Notes: a model not told the origin generated them from the sequence alone. Counted from the whole stretch's first letter, positions 22,275-35,262 are shown. The stretch: 63,196 nucleotides of DNA, filler included, from Octopus bimaculoides (GCF_001194135.2; 4 parts of 4 records of this genome joined end to end with filler, not necessarily neighbours in it), one strand, 5' to 3'. Numbers and translations are program-made.

Positions 22275-25200
22275 AGAAAAGGTGAACCAAAAATTGCCTG
22301 CCTTTCTATATCTGGTCAGTTTAGCGCGACTGACGGATGTCCACCCTGCGCTCGAAAAACAAAGTCTTTTATTTATAAAATCTGGACGGAACTTAAACAT
22401 TTCATGTTGGAATGTGCGCACTCTGTTGGACAACAAGAGTGATTGTAGGCCTGAAAGATGCACTGCACTTGTTGCTCATGAGCTGAGCCGTTATAAAATT
22501 GATAAAGCTGCACTCTCAGAGACTCGTATAGAAGGTGATGGTCAGCTTGAGGAAGTAGGAGGTGGATACACCTTTTTTTGGAAAGGAAGGCAGAAGGAGG
22601 AGCACAGAGAGGCTGGTGCTGGTTTTGCAGTCCGATCTGATATCCTTAAGAAGTTGGAAGAGCTCCCTGTTCCTATGAATGAACGTATAATGATGCTACA
22701 ATTGCACTTGAAAGGTAAGCGGTTTGCTACTTTTGCTACTCTAATAAGTGCCTATGCACCTACTTTGACTAGCTGTGATGAAGATAAAACAATCTTTTAT
22801 ACCCAGCTGAGAGCCATACTTAGAAAAAATTCCCAATTCTGATAAAGTCATTCTACTGGGGGATTTTAATGCCAGAGTTAGAACAGAGTGGCAAACATGG
22901 AACTCTCTAGGATGTTTTGGAGTAGGGAAAATGAATAGCAATGGTCTCATGCTACTGGAGCTTTGCGAAGAACATGGACTTTACATTGCAAGCACTCATT
23001 TTATGCACAAAGGTGATCACACAACAACATTGATGCATCCAAGGTCCAAAGTTTGGCATTTACTGGATTATGTCATCATCCGCAGGCGCGACATTTATGA
23101 CATTTGTAATGTCAAGTCCAGTCTGGTGCGAGCAAAGTTCCGAATGGTAATTAGAGTGAAAGAGAGAAGAGGACCAATCAGCATTCTTCGCCGTCTAAAT
23201 GTCCACAAGGTATATGATGTTGTGGTTAGGAAAGAACTTCAGACTCGCTTGTCCAGCATTGAAACTGCTGCAGCATGGGAGGATTTTCGAGACCGGGTTC
23301 TACACTGTGCAGCCGAAACCCTGGGATATGTTACTGCCAGACACAGAGACTGGTTTGATAAGAATGAGGCTGAAGTTCAGCGACTATTGGTGGTAAAGCG
23401 CTATGCTCACAGTGTATTGCTACACAGAGAACTGTCTACTGTGCAGCGAAGTCTAGCACTTGCCCACTATAACAATGTNNNNNNNNNNNNNNNNNNNNNN
23501 NNNNNNNNNNNNNNNNNNNNNNNNNNNNNNNNNNNNNNNNNNNNNNNNNNNNNNNNNNNNNNNNNNNNNNNNNNNNNNNNNNNNNNNNNNNNNNNNNNNN
23601 NNNNNNNNNNNNNNNNNNNNNNNNNNNNNNNNNNNNNNNNNNNNNNNNNNNNNNNNNNNNNNNNNNNNNNNNNNNNNNNNNNNNNNNNNNNNNNNNNNNN
23701 NNNNNNNNNNNNNNNNNNNNNNNNNNNNNNNNNNNNNNNNNNNNNNNNNNNNNNNNNNNNNNNNNNNNNNNNNNNNNNNNNNNNNNNNNNNNNNNNNNNN
23801 NNNNNNNNNNNNNNNNNNNNNNNNNNNNNNNNNNNNNNNNNNNNNNNNNNNNNNNNNNNNNNNNNNNNNNNNNNNNNNNNNNNNNNNNNNNNNNNNNNNN
23901 NNNNNNNNNNNNNNNNNNNNNNNNNNNNNNNNNNNNNNNNNNNNNNNNNNNNNNNNNNNNNNNNNNNNNNNNNNNNNNNNNNNNNNNNNNNNNNNGCTGA
24001 GGTCTTGCGATTTGGTGGTAATTACATCACACAGTCCCTTCATGAACTTATTAGTGCAGTCTGGAGGGATGGTGCAATCCCCAAGGACTGGAAGGATGCA
24101 ATTATTCTTCCTCTATATAAAGGAAAAGGAGCCACAACAATGTGTGGTAACTACAGAGGTATTGCTCTATTATCAGCTGCTGGCAAGGTTCTGGCAAATA
24201 TTCTTCTTACCCTTCTGAATAGGTGTCTCGTAAATGATGTCCTATCTGAATCTCAATGTGGCTTCTGATCTGGTAGAGGGACAATGGATATGATTTTCAC
24301 AGCAAGACAGATGCAGGAGAAGTGCTATGAGCTATAGATCTTGTCCAGGTATTCATTGATTTAACAAAGGCCTTTGACTGTAAATAGGGCCTTTCTATGG
24401 AAAATACTAGGTAAACTTGGATGTCCAGATCACTTTGTATCTATAATTAAATCATTTCATGATGAGATGGAGGCTTGGGTCAATTTTGGTGGTGGCATGG
24501 CGGGACCCATTCCTGTAGAGAATGGTATCAAGCAGGGTGACATCCTTGCCTCAACTCTCTTTTCTTTGTACTTTGCTGCTGCTTTTACTCATGCTTTTGC
24601 TAAGGTTAGCTGTCTGGGAATATATGTCAGATATCGATCTTCTGGCCGCCTCTTTAATCTTCGCCGATTTGCTGCCAATTCAAAGGTTCTCCAGTCTATT
24701 ATTCGTGACCTCCTTTATGAAGATGACTGTGACTTAGTCACTAATACAGTGGATGACATGCAAATACTCATGAAGGCATTTGGACTTAGCATTAGCCTGG
24801 ACAAGACTGTTGTAATGTTCCAGCCAGCACCAGGAAATCCATATGTGAAACCAGCTATCTTGGTTGAAGGAACAATTCTGAAGGTAGTAGACAAGTTTGT
24901 CTACCCGGGCAGCACACTCAGCCGTTCTTGCTCCCTGAATGAGGAAATATCTTTCAGGTTGCAGAGAGTAACTAATTCCTTCCGGTCTCTTCAGTGTTGT
25001 GTCTGGTCCCAGCATGGCATAGCAAGGCAAACAAAAGTTGCTGTGTACCGTGCATGTGTACTGACATCGCTCCTCTACTCATGTGAGACATGAACTCTGT
25101 ACAAACGTCAGGTAAGGGTCCTTGAACGCTTTCATCAGAGATGTCTCAGAAACATTCTCAATGTTGGCTGGACCTCAAAAATTCCAGACACACAGGTCCT

Positions 25201-25712
25201 GAGGACAGATGATATCTTGAGTATTGAGGCAATGGTGCACAAGCAATGGTTACGTTGGACTGGACACCTTATTAGAATGAAAGATAGCAGGATTCCTAAG
25301 CAGATGCTATATGGAGAACTTGTGAATGGAAGGAGACTCTGGCAAAAACCAAGGCTGCGATTTAAGGACTGTGTCAAGTCCTCATTAAAGGCCTGTGATA
25401 TGCAGGACACTGACTGGGAGAACAATGCCTGTCATCGCCACAGATGGAGGAATCAGGTTAAGGAGAGGATTGACACTTTTGAGAGAGTACGTATCCAGCA
25501 TGAAGAACTTAAGCGAGCTGCGCGAAAGTGCACGGCTCGCATAGTGAATGGGGAAAGCTTGGTCTTCAATGTTTGCAGTCATGTATGCTTGTCAAGAGCA
25601 GGGCTCATTAGCCACCAATGGAACCACAAATGCAAAATATAAATTAGTCCAAGAGCACACAATGTTCCTGAAGGTCGGCAATGGTCTTCCTCGGTCACGA
25701 GTGGATGGCCAT
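22275..25712 (+). mobile_element. RTE-clade (BovB-like) LINE, near full length, inactivated
   Basis: APE motifs SCWNVRTL, LSETR, SAYAPT, LLGDFNARV, LDYVI. RT motifs NYRGIALL, QCGF, DLTKAF, GIKQGDILASTLF, YEDD (24716-24727). C-terminal C2H2-like finger. Frameshifts, stops at 24266 and 25091, gap 23479-23995. Confidence 0.95.
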
Positions 25713-25724
25713 CATGTATGTATA

Positions 25725-25945
25725 TGCATGTGCTTGTGTTTGTCTCCCTACCATTGCTTGACAACCCGTGTTGGTGTATTTCCATCCCTGAAACTTAGAG
25801 GTTCGGCAAAAGAGACCAATAGAATAAATATTAGGCTCACAAAGAATAAGTCCTGGGATTGATTTTTTTGACTAAAAAAACCCTTAAAGGCAGTGGTCTA
25901 GCATGGTTGCAGTCAAATGACTGAGACAAGTAAAAGAATCAAAGA
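25725..25945 (+). mobile_element. SINE family B, 3' part
   Basis: CTTGACAACCCGTGTTGG...GGTTCGGCAAAAGAGACC...AAATGACTGAGACAAGTAAAAGA. Confidence 0.9.
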
Positions 25946-25950
25946 ATGTA

Positions 25951-26647
25951 TGAAGGTAAGTCAAAAATTATCCACACTTTCACCATAACATATCTTTATT
26001 ATTGTCACACTGCCTTCTGCACATGTACACTTATAGTTGGTACTATTGCGGTCACATGATCGAAGTTTGATCCTTATCAAGCCATTTTTTCTGGCTTTTA
26101 CAGTGTAAGCATGGCTGCTCCCTTACTAAGGTGCACCAAAGATGAACAAGAGCAGTGATCCGATTTCTCTGGAAAAGGAGTGTATGACCAACAGTGCAAG
26201 ATGCAGTGCTTTGCTGGCCAACAAACTGAAACCAGCAATTCACACCAAACAGTGAAGCCTATTGTCAAAGAAAGTTTTGTAGTTGCATGACAATGCACGC
26301 CCACATACAGCCACCCAGACTATTGAAACCATTAACCAATTGGGTTTTGAGTTGCTGGAACACCCTTCCTACAGCCCAGATCTCTGAATGTCATATCTTT
26401 GGACTGCTCAAAGATGGTTTACGAGGTCATCTATTTTCTACTGATGAAGATGTGAAGGAAGGGGTGCATAAATGGTTGTACAGCCATCTGAAAACTTCTT
26501 GGAGGAAATACACAACGTTGTAGACTGCTGGACCAAGTGCATCGAAAAGGAAGGAGACTATAGAAAAATGACATACTTGTTTATCACCTGCTTTTGTGTA
26601 AATACATTGAAAAATCAAGAATGCATATAATTTTTGACTCTCCCTCA
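25951..26647 (+). mobile_element. mariner element with large internal deletion
   Basis: TIRs TA-TGAAGGTAAGTCAAAAATTAT and ATAATTTTTGACTCTCCCTCA. N-terminal VIRFLW joined near 26185 to C-terminal [27 protein letters not shown]. Confidence 0.88.
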
Positions 26648-26984
26648 TGTATACATGTGTGCGTGTGTGTAAGTGTATGTGTGTGTGCATGCACACACGT
26701 GTGTGTACATGTATATATATATGAGAATATATGTGTGGGTGTGTATCTGTACACTTATTACATCAATCTCTAACTTTCTCTTTTCTATATTACTAGATTT
26801 GCTCTTTATTCTTCCCTCTAACTATCTATATATAACACCTAACTATTTACTATAAATAAACACTTCATCCAAATGTAAATTTTGTATTATTTGAATCTCT
26901 GTTTGAAGAATTTCAAATAGGAGATATCTTGCATGTTTCTCCTTCATGTACAACTTTGCAACTCTTATTAGCAAATGTAACACT

Positions 26985-27066
26985 TGACCAAGGTGCCACA
27001 TACTGGGACTGAAATCAGAACCACACATTTGGGAAGCAAATTTCTAACAGTCACACCTGCACCTGT
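26985..27066 (-). mobile_element. SINE family B, head fragment
   Basis: CACTTGACCAAGGTGCCAC...GGGACTGAAATCAGAACCAC in reverse orientation. Confidence 0.8.
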
Positions 27067-27182
27067 GCCACACCTGTTACTATATATATGCGTGTATATA
27101 TATATGTATATGAGTGTGTATGTGCATGTAGATGTGTGCATGTATGTTTTATATATATGTATGAGTATGTTTAATGTGTGTG

Positions 27183-27229
<47 letters not shown>

Positions 27230-27231
27230 AG

Positions 27232-27830
27232 TAATTTTGGGGGTCAATCGACTAAGAATATCCCCATACCGTCAAAGAAAATGTACTTGGAATCACTTAT
27301 GTATAAAACTACTGAGTTCATCAATAGACTGAGGTGGCGCACTTTAGGTTTAAAGAATAATAGAAAGGATTTGGATTGCAGAAACGGAACTGAAACCAAT
27401 TATGAGAAGGATAACTATAGCCTTTAAATCTTACAGGAATCCTCCTTTTAATCCGGCTCTTGTGAAATTTGAAAATGAATTAATGAATATGATTAGAAAT
27501 TTAAAGTTTTCTAGATACACAAACTATAAGTGTACAGTGAAAGGGGAAAATGATTCAATTAAGAACTATATCGGGAGTACTACTGATTTTAAAAGGAAGT
27601 ATAGGGCCTACTTGAGTTTGTTCCCGAATGCCAAATATTGTAACTCCACCACGTTGGCCTCCCATATACATAATTTAAAGAAGAGGAATGTGAGTTACCA
27701 TTTCGAATGGTCTGTCTTGTCCAAACTCCCCCACTTTAGTGTTAATATGAATAAATGTAAATTGTGTATAAGGGAATCATACTTTTCCTTAAATCCTATA
27801 GACCAAAACTTCTAAATAAGATTTCTAATG
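27232..27830 (+). mobile_element. Penelope-like element remnant: N-terminal region fused to GIY-YIG endonuclease, RT missing
   Basis: KNIPIPSKKMYLESL..KTTEFINRLRW and FKSYRNPP...KFENELM.MIRNLKF, followed directly by YKCTV...YIGSTTDFK...NSTTLASHIHNLK...W.VL...CKLCIRE. Confidence 0.8.
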
Positions 27831-28259
27831 TAGTCCCATTTTATAACCACAAGTTTTTTTCAAACTTTTTGAAAATTTACAAAAATAAAAGTAAGATAAA
27901 ATTAAGATTAGACGTTTTATAGGACCACCTGATTCCTTGTCTGTGATTGAAACTGCAACCTCTCTTTCAATAATTATCCACTGGTTAATGAATGAACAAT
28001 AGATTAATCACTACTAATTCCACCAAACTGTTTAATTTTCTTATGTTTTGCCATCTATCATTAAGTGGACACTATATATATTTCCGTCCCTCCATCCTGT
28101 AAAAACTGACAGATGACCAGAATTTTTGGATTATTGTGTTGAACATCATTTTCATGAGTAAAGGTTATTAATTGTTTGTATTGCTATTGCATTGCTGTGT
28201 GTGTAACAGTACTTGCTTTTGATGCCTTGTGGCAGTGTTGTAGATGTTTTTCTCCCTTG

Positions 28260-29060
28260 GTTGAAGGGGGAAGCACTATGATGCATGGACTGGACAGTTT
28301 CATGGATATGACGTCATCCAAGGACGAGTTGTTAAGAAGTATTGAGCTTATTGACAAGACAATAGAGGAGGAGGAAAAAAGGAAGTTTGCAGAAGTAGCC
28401 AGAGGAAGCAATGAAGTATTAAGCATGGAGAAGAAAGAATATGAAAAATTTAAGGAGATGTTGGGGAGAGAGGATCACAAAATAAGAGTGACCCCCCTCC
28501 CAGCAAGATTATTGAGCAGGTAAAAAGAAAAGACTATAATGTACAGGACGTACATTCAAAAATGTAAAAGAATGAAAATGGCAACAAAGGCCCAGATTGA
28601 AAAGGCTCTAAGGCCAATCTGACAAGATGTTACTCTCCTTGCCAGAGAAGGGAACTTTGTGATCAGCCAGGCAGCACTCAGCAAATACCCTCATGATGGA
28701 CGAGGTGATTCTTCGACCCATTTACCTGGGAAGGCAGGTTTCCAGGGTAAGGGTGGAGGAAAGCCCTCCAGAGGTGGATGTTGTCTGGTTAGTAGCTGCC
28801 ATCCTTTTTGGACTAGAAGAAAAGATTGTGGTCCTCCAGGTAACTCATTAGGTTATGGCAAGGACAAGGCCTGGAGATGTTTGTTAATCCAGGCCACCCT
28901 GGAGGACTTAGAAAGGATGGTGGACACTATAATGGTGGATGGATAAGTGTAACTGAGAGTCATGATGGAGGGCAGAACAACCCATTGCTATAAGAGTGAC
29001 TGGAAGGGCTACATTAGGGTGTGATGCCCTCCTCCTGTCACTAAGACACAAGAGAAAATG
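28260..29060 (+). pseudogene. Decayed gag-like ORF1 of a retroelement
   Basis: Charged coiled-coil ORF (EEEEKRKFAEVARG). C-YK-S-DWKG-Y-IRV*-C at 28986-29027 has exact CX2CX4HX4C spacing, with S and Y each one base from C and H. Confidence 0.45.
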
Positions 29061-29832
29061 CACCTCGACCCCCTACAAATGGTGTAGATGTGAGTGAGAT
29101 TGAGATAGAGAAAGAATAGGAAGTTCAAGCAGCAAAAGGAGGATGGAGTACAGTAAAAAAAGAGGACAAAGAGGAAAATTGGAACTCAGTGTTATTGTGA
29201 ACAACCACCCTACCCCCACCCAACGCCCACCCAGCCCCTTTCTGTCCCACCTTCCCCCTACAGTCACCAATCCTTCCCCTATCCCACCTGACAGAGAAAA
29301 AATGCTATGTTATAACGTTTATGAAAAGACAACCAGAAATTCTGGTTGTTTTTCATTTTTGTGAGTATTAGACTGGTGAACTCTAAGTTGTATTTTGTTA
29401 TTGTTGAAATATTATTGGATTTTTGTTGTACGATGGAAAAACTTTATTATTACTGCTTGTGGCAGTTTTGTGATTGATTCCCCCTTGCTTGAAAGGAGAA
29501 TTATAATAATATTTTTTTGTGGGGCATGTTTGCCCATTTTTGTGCAAATGGATAAATTACATGTCACAGAACCAACTATGAGCCGCGGTTTTAAAAATGC
29601 TATAAATATGACAAATGAAGTCTTACCAAATATGCCAACAGAGGACGCTTTTCTAAATAAACCAGATGCAAATAAAAAAGTCACCAACTTTGCTGTGGCC
29701 ACTATTGTAGCCAGGAAAAGCACTGTGAACAAAAAGAACTACAAAAGTACAAAGGGAGGGGCAGGAAATAAAAGTTACCCCACCCAATGAAATCACCCAC
29801 AACATGCTGCATAGCACCATAATCTTTTATAA

Positions 29833-31709
29833 TACTGGGCAACAAAAAAATTTTTTGTCATGCTATTTAAACTTTTTCAGCTCATTTAAGGTAATTTTAG
29901 GGCACTGAATCTGAATCTAACATCAGTTTTCAGACAGCATGTATAGTTTTTTAGTTATCCACAGCATCAAATTTTCCAACCAATTAATAATATTGACAAA
30001 GTAGTAGGCTATTTGCTTTCGATTTTCATACTTATACTCATCACTGAAACAAAAATAAGTGCTAATAGAGGGAAATGTAGGCTACCTGTTAAATTACCAA
30101 ACAAGACGAGAATTTATTTTATTTTGTTATCACTATAATTATAGTAAAGTTCTCTTCACAATAGGCTATTGATATTAGGTTATAGTAAGCCAGTCAGACA
30201 CCCTTTTCTTGATAACTGCTGGTGCTGTTAAAACAAAGTACATCAAATAAGAGAGCCAGGTTATATGGAAAGTAGTTTACTAATAAGTTTAGTTATTTAT
30301 TAAAGTGATCAATGTTTGAAACTTAGAGATGGAAAAAATTATTTCATGACAGCCATAGCTTCAGTACATTCTATAATAATTTCAATGATTTTTTTTGAGA
30401 AATATATTTGGATGTTTTACAGTAACATTTACAGTTGATTAATTTTATAATTTAGTTTACTGATAGGCTTCCTTGAGTGTTGATTTAGTTTATTACTGTA
30501 TGTATTTATGATGAGCAGAAAAGTTTGTGCTAATCACCCAGACAGCTTTTGTTACGTGTGTAGAAAATTTATGCCAAAAGATCAGAGAAATAGGCTTACA
30601 AAGGAATTTTTAAATGCTTACAAGCTTTACTTTGGGTGCAAAATTGGGGACCAAGATAAACTGTGGGTGCCTCATATTTGTTGCAAAAACTGCTACATAG
30701 CACTAACCCAATGGCTGAATGGTAAATGGAAAAGTATGCCATTTGCAGTACCAATAATATATGGTACGAACCAACAAACCACTATACTGACTGTTATTTC
30801 CGCTTAACTAACATCACAGGTTTCTCTAAGAAGAACAAATCCAGGATTGTTTATCCAGATTGCTCTTTAGCTTTAAAACCAGTTGCTCATGCTGCTGAAA
30901 ATATTCCGATTCCAGAACTTCCTTCATCTTTTGATAAAGATAGTTTGAGTGAAGAAAGTACTGCATCTACTTCAACTGAAGGCATACCAAGTGATACAGC
31001 AGTTTACTGTAATGGACCAGAATCTTCAAAAAAGTTCCTCATTTATTAAGTCAACTTGAATTAAATGATTTAGTTAGAGACTTGGGTTTAACAAAAGAAA
31101 AGTCAGAACTACTGGGCTCCAGATTGAAACAATGGAATTTCTTACACGATGGTGTAAAATGCTAGCATTTTTGAAAATGGCATACAGAATTGCATGAATT
31201 TTTTATGGAGAAAGACGGTATTTGTTTTTGTTGTGATGTTGAAGGACTCCTACGTGAGATGGGGTGCGGCCATAATCCTGAAGAATGGAGACTCTTCATA
31301 GATTCTAGCAAATCAAGCCTAAAAGCTGTCTTGCTGCATAATGGCAATCAAAAACCTTCAATACCACAGCACATGCTATAGGATTAAAGGAAACTTATGA
31401 ATTAATGGATAACATTTTGCACTTGATTAAATATTCTGAGCACAAGTGGAATATATATGCAAGGACTTGAAAGTTATTGGTTTGCTTCTTGGGTTGCAAA
31501 TGGGGTATACAAAGCATCAGTGCTTTTTGTACCTTTGGAACAGCAGAGATGACAAGCATCACTGATCAAAATGAGTGGCCAAAGGGAAGTGATTTCACTT
31601 CAGGGAGATACAACGTTAAATATATCCCTTTAGTTGACCCTCAGAAAATTTACCTTCCTCACTTACACATTAAACCTGGCTTGTTTAAGAATTATGTTAA
31701 GGCCATGAT
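29833..31709 (+). mobile_element. Chapaev3-like (CMC superfamily) DNA transposon, 3' end lost at gap
   Basis: TAA then TACTGGGCAACAAAA left end. Frameshifted ORF from 30508: CANHPDSFCYVC, GDQDKLWVPHICC, EPTNHYTDCYF, LNDLVRDLGL, WRLFIDSSKSSLKAVLLHNGN, DLKVIG, LPHLHIKPG. Superfamily assignment is from recalled motifs. Confidence 0.72.
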
Positions 31710-31751
31710 AGATAGTATCTATCTATCTATCGATCTGTCTATCTATCTATC

Positions 31752-31786
<35 letters not shown>

Positions 31787-31886
31787 NNNNNNNNNNNNNN
31801 NNNNNNNNNNNNNNNNNNNNNNNNNNNNNNTTAATTAATTAANNNNNNNNNNNNNNNNNNNNNNNNNNNNNNNNNNNNNNNNNNNN
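31787..31886. other. Artificial scaffold spacer
   Basis: 44 N + TTAATTAATTAA + 44 N. Confidence 0.92.
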
Positions 31887-32027
31887 ATGCATACGAATAT
31901 TTCTTCCTCTCTTTCCTACCAATCTAGACAAGTTGTGTAATTGTCTATTTGGAATTATTTTAGAAATTTAATCAATTTTCTCGTTGAAATATTTTCCAGC
32001 TGTTACATATGCTGTTTATAAAAGAAC

Positions 32028-32910
32028 AACAACCACAACAACAGCACCAACAACGACAGCAATATCAACAACAACAACAACAACAACGACGACGACGCCG
32101 AGGACGTTAATACAAACATAAGTAACAGAAGTAATAATATAAATGGGAGCTACGAAAAAAACAAAAACAAAAAAAAAAAACAGAAAAACAGCCATGATAT
32201 CCGTGAAAGCTATAAATGACAATAAAATCAAAAACATCATCATCATCATCATCATCATTATCGTCGTCGTCGTCATCATCATCATTTATCATCATCACCA
32301 ATGTCGTCGTTGTCGTCCTCCTCCCCCTCTCCCTCCTCCTCCTCCTCCTCATCATCATCATGGTCGTCGTCATCATCAACGTCGTCTCATTGTCGTTGTT
32401 GTCATCGTCATCATCATAGTCGTCATCATCACCACCAGCACCACCACCGCCACCACCACCACCACCACCATCATGATCATCAACATCGTCTTCATCGTCG
32501 TCGTCATCACCACCAACATCATCATGGTTATCCTCATCACCACCAACATCATCATGGTTATCCTCATCATCACCAACATCATCATGGTTATCCTCATCAT
32601 CACCGTTGTCATCATCATCATCACCACCACCACCACCACCAAAACCACTACCATTGTCATCATAAGCAGCATCGTCATCGTCATCATTATCGTCATCATT
32701 ACCACGGCCATCATCATCCTCAACATAAACATCGTCATCATTGTCTTCATCTTTACCATCAACGCCACCAACATAGTCATCATCATCATTGTCATCATCA
32801 TCGTCATCATCATAGTCGACAACGTTGTCATACCGTCAACATCATCACTAATACCACCACCACCACCACCACCATCACCACCACTGCCATCGTCACCATC
32901 ATCATCGCCA
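32028..32910. repeat. Complex (CAA/CAT/CAC/CGT)n tract with a 30-bp higher-order unit
   Basis: CACCACCAACATCATCATGGTTATCCTCAT-like unit three times at about 32506-32600 inside trinucleotide runs. Confidence 0.92.
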
Positions 32911-33101
32911 TCAGAAAGAGGCAAAAAAAAGCCGATTACACAAATTAGAAAATATTTGCAGAAAATGAAAAGCTATTAAATGACAGAATTTTGTATTTAA
33001 ATTTCAAATTTTGACCTACATTCAAGTGGCATAACATATTTTAATTTCATGAATGATATCTCGATATACGTTTTTCCTTACATACGTATACTTCAAAAAG
33101 A

Positions 33102-33149
<48 letters not shown>

Positions 33150-33879
33150 ATATATATATAGAGAGAAATATTTGTATATACAAACAAATATATATATATA
33201 TATACATACACATATAAACAAACACATACATATGATTTAATCACCAGGTACATAGGTACGCATGACTATATATATNNNNNNNNNNNNNNNNNNNNNNNNN
33301 NNNNNNNNNNNNNNNNNNNNNNNNNNNNNNNNNNNNNNNNNNNNNNNNNNNNNNNNNNNNNNNNNNNNNNNNNNNNNNNNNNNNNNNNNNNNNNNNNNNN
33401 NNNNNNNNNNNNNNNNNNNNNNNNNNNNNNNNNNNNNNNNNNNNNNNNNNNNNNNNNNNNNNNNNNNNNNNNNNNNNNNNNNNNNNNNNNNNNNNNNNNN
33501 NNNNNNNNNNNNNNNNNNNNNNNNNNNNNNNNNNNNNNNNNNNNNNNNNNNNNNNNNNNNNNNNNNNNNNNNNNNNNNNNNNNNNNNNNNNNNNNNNNNN
33601 NNNNNNNNNNNNNNNNNNNNNNNNNNNNNNNNNNNNNNNNNNNNNNNNNNNNNNNNNNNNNNNNNNNNNNNNNNNNNNNNNNNNNNNNNNNNNNNNNNNN
33701 NNNNNNNNNNNNNNNNNNNNNNNNNNNNNNNNNNNNNNNNNNNNNNNNNNNNNNNNNNNNNNNNNNNNNNNNNNNNNNNNNNNNNNNNNNNNNNNNNNNN
33801 NNNNNNNNNNNNNNNNNNNNNNNNNNNNNNNNNNNNNNNNNNNNNNNNNNNNNNNNNNNNNNNNNNNNNNNNNNNNNNN

Positions 33880-33937
<58 letters not shown>

Positions 33938-34170
33938 ATAAATACGTAGCTCATATCCTAAATTCCAATAAAAGAGTTGTAAAAACTACCCAATTTTTAT
34001 TGGATAGGAATTTGAAATGTTGATTCTAAAGAAACCATATACACACGCATATGCTGCAACATACACGCTTACGAACATACATACGTGTATACTTATTTAC
34101 AGACACCCATCTATCTTTACGTTCTATATTTATGCATATATATTCATGTATACACGTATATAGATATAAC

Positions 34171-34492
34171 TGGCTCTCCAACGGTTTTGACGATGAGTGT
34201 TCTAGTTGAGCTGATCAACGGGACACACTGCTCGTGAAATTAAACGTGCAAGGGACTGAGCACTCCGCAGACACGTGTACCCTTAACATAGTTCTCCGAG
34301 AGATTCAGCGTGACACAGAATATAATAGGGCTGGCCCTTTTGGTTTACAGGTAAAACTCACTTTTGGCAGCTGATTAGACTGGAGCAATGTGAAAAAAAC
34401 ATGTCTTGCTGAAAGATACAACGCAACGCTAGGAATCGATCTTACGACCTTACAGTCGCAAGCCAAATGCCCTTACCACTAAGCCACGCGCC
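34171..34492 (-). mobile_element. tRNA-derived SINE, family E
   Basis: Minus strand GGCGCGTGGCTTAGTGGTAAGG (A-box), GATCGATTCC (B-box-like), CAGCAAGAC core, CGTTGGAGAGCCA end. Confidence 0.8.
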
Positions 34493-35004
34493 ATCTAGTA
34501 TATAAATATATTATTATAGTTAGTGTTCACAGAAATATGGGGCTCAAAACCTTCCCTCTGGTATGCCGCTGCATGAATAGAGGCATGCAGAGTCTCTGCT
34601 CGACCTCACAGACATGTTCTTCATGGAGCAAATTGTGCTACTCTCCACAAAGAGTAAAAATGTCCTGGATTTCTGCTTCAAAAATAGCGTGGCGTTCATC
34701 GATATTGCTAAAGGTCACATTTCTTTGCATTTATATATATAAATGTATGTATGTATATATGTATATATTTATTCAGACGCAATGACTGAAGACCAGTGAA
34801 ACGCTTGAAACTCAGAGTACCAAGGACTTTGAATCAAACTATTTTAGTCCACACACACACACGCACACACATATTCTATAATATATTTAATGTATTATTA
34901 AATAATATTTATCTCTCACCTGGTGAAGTACATTTTTTCTTAATCTTGCCACTATGGAACAATACACCGTATATATAAATATATGCATATATATACATAC
35001 ATAC

Positions 35005-35262
35005 ATGGTGGTGGTTGTCTACTCCTTAAACAGAGTTTGACTACCTCCTGCACCTACACCTTAGCCCTTTCATGGCGTCTGATGTGGCTTTTTAAACCAG
35101 ACAGTGTTTTGAAAAAACACCCACACAGATTGCACCTCTGATTTGCACTACCAATACCTGCAAGTAAGTTCTGCTCATTGTGGATCCTAACATGTCTTTT
35201 AAGACCCCCATTGGATTTGCAAACCCTCTGGCACACACCACATTCAAACGTGTGCACAGACA
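35005..35262 (-). mobile_element. 3' end of an RTE-like LINE encoding two intact C2H2 zinc fingers
   Basis: CGVCQRVCKSNGGLKRHVRIH and CNLCGCFFKTLSGLKSHIRRH, stop at 35054, short tail into a microsatellite. Finger 1 aligns with the LINE finger at 25565-25627; no TGEKP linker. Confidence 0.7.

Noticed and set aside
29395-29790. 131-aa plus ORF and 106-aa antisense ORF
   Set aside because: No recognisable domain or splice structure; lies between two TE relics.
34786-34820. CTGAAGA...GAAAC hammerhead-like text
   Set aside because: No stem II can form and stem I pairing is poor.
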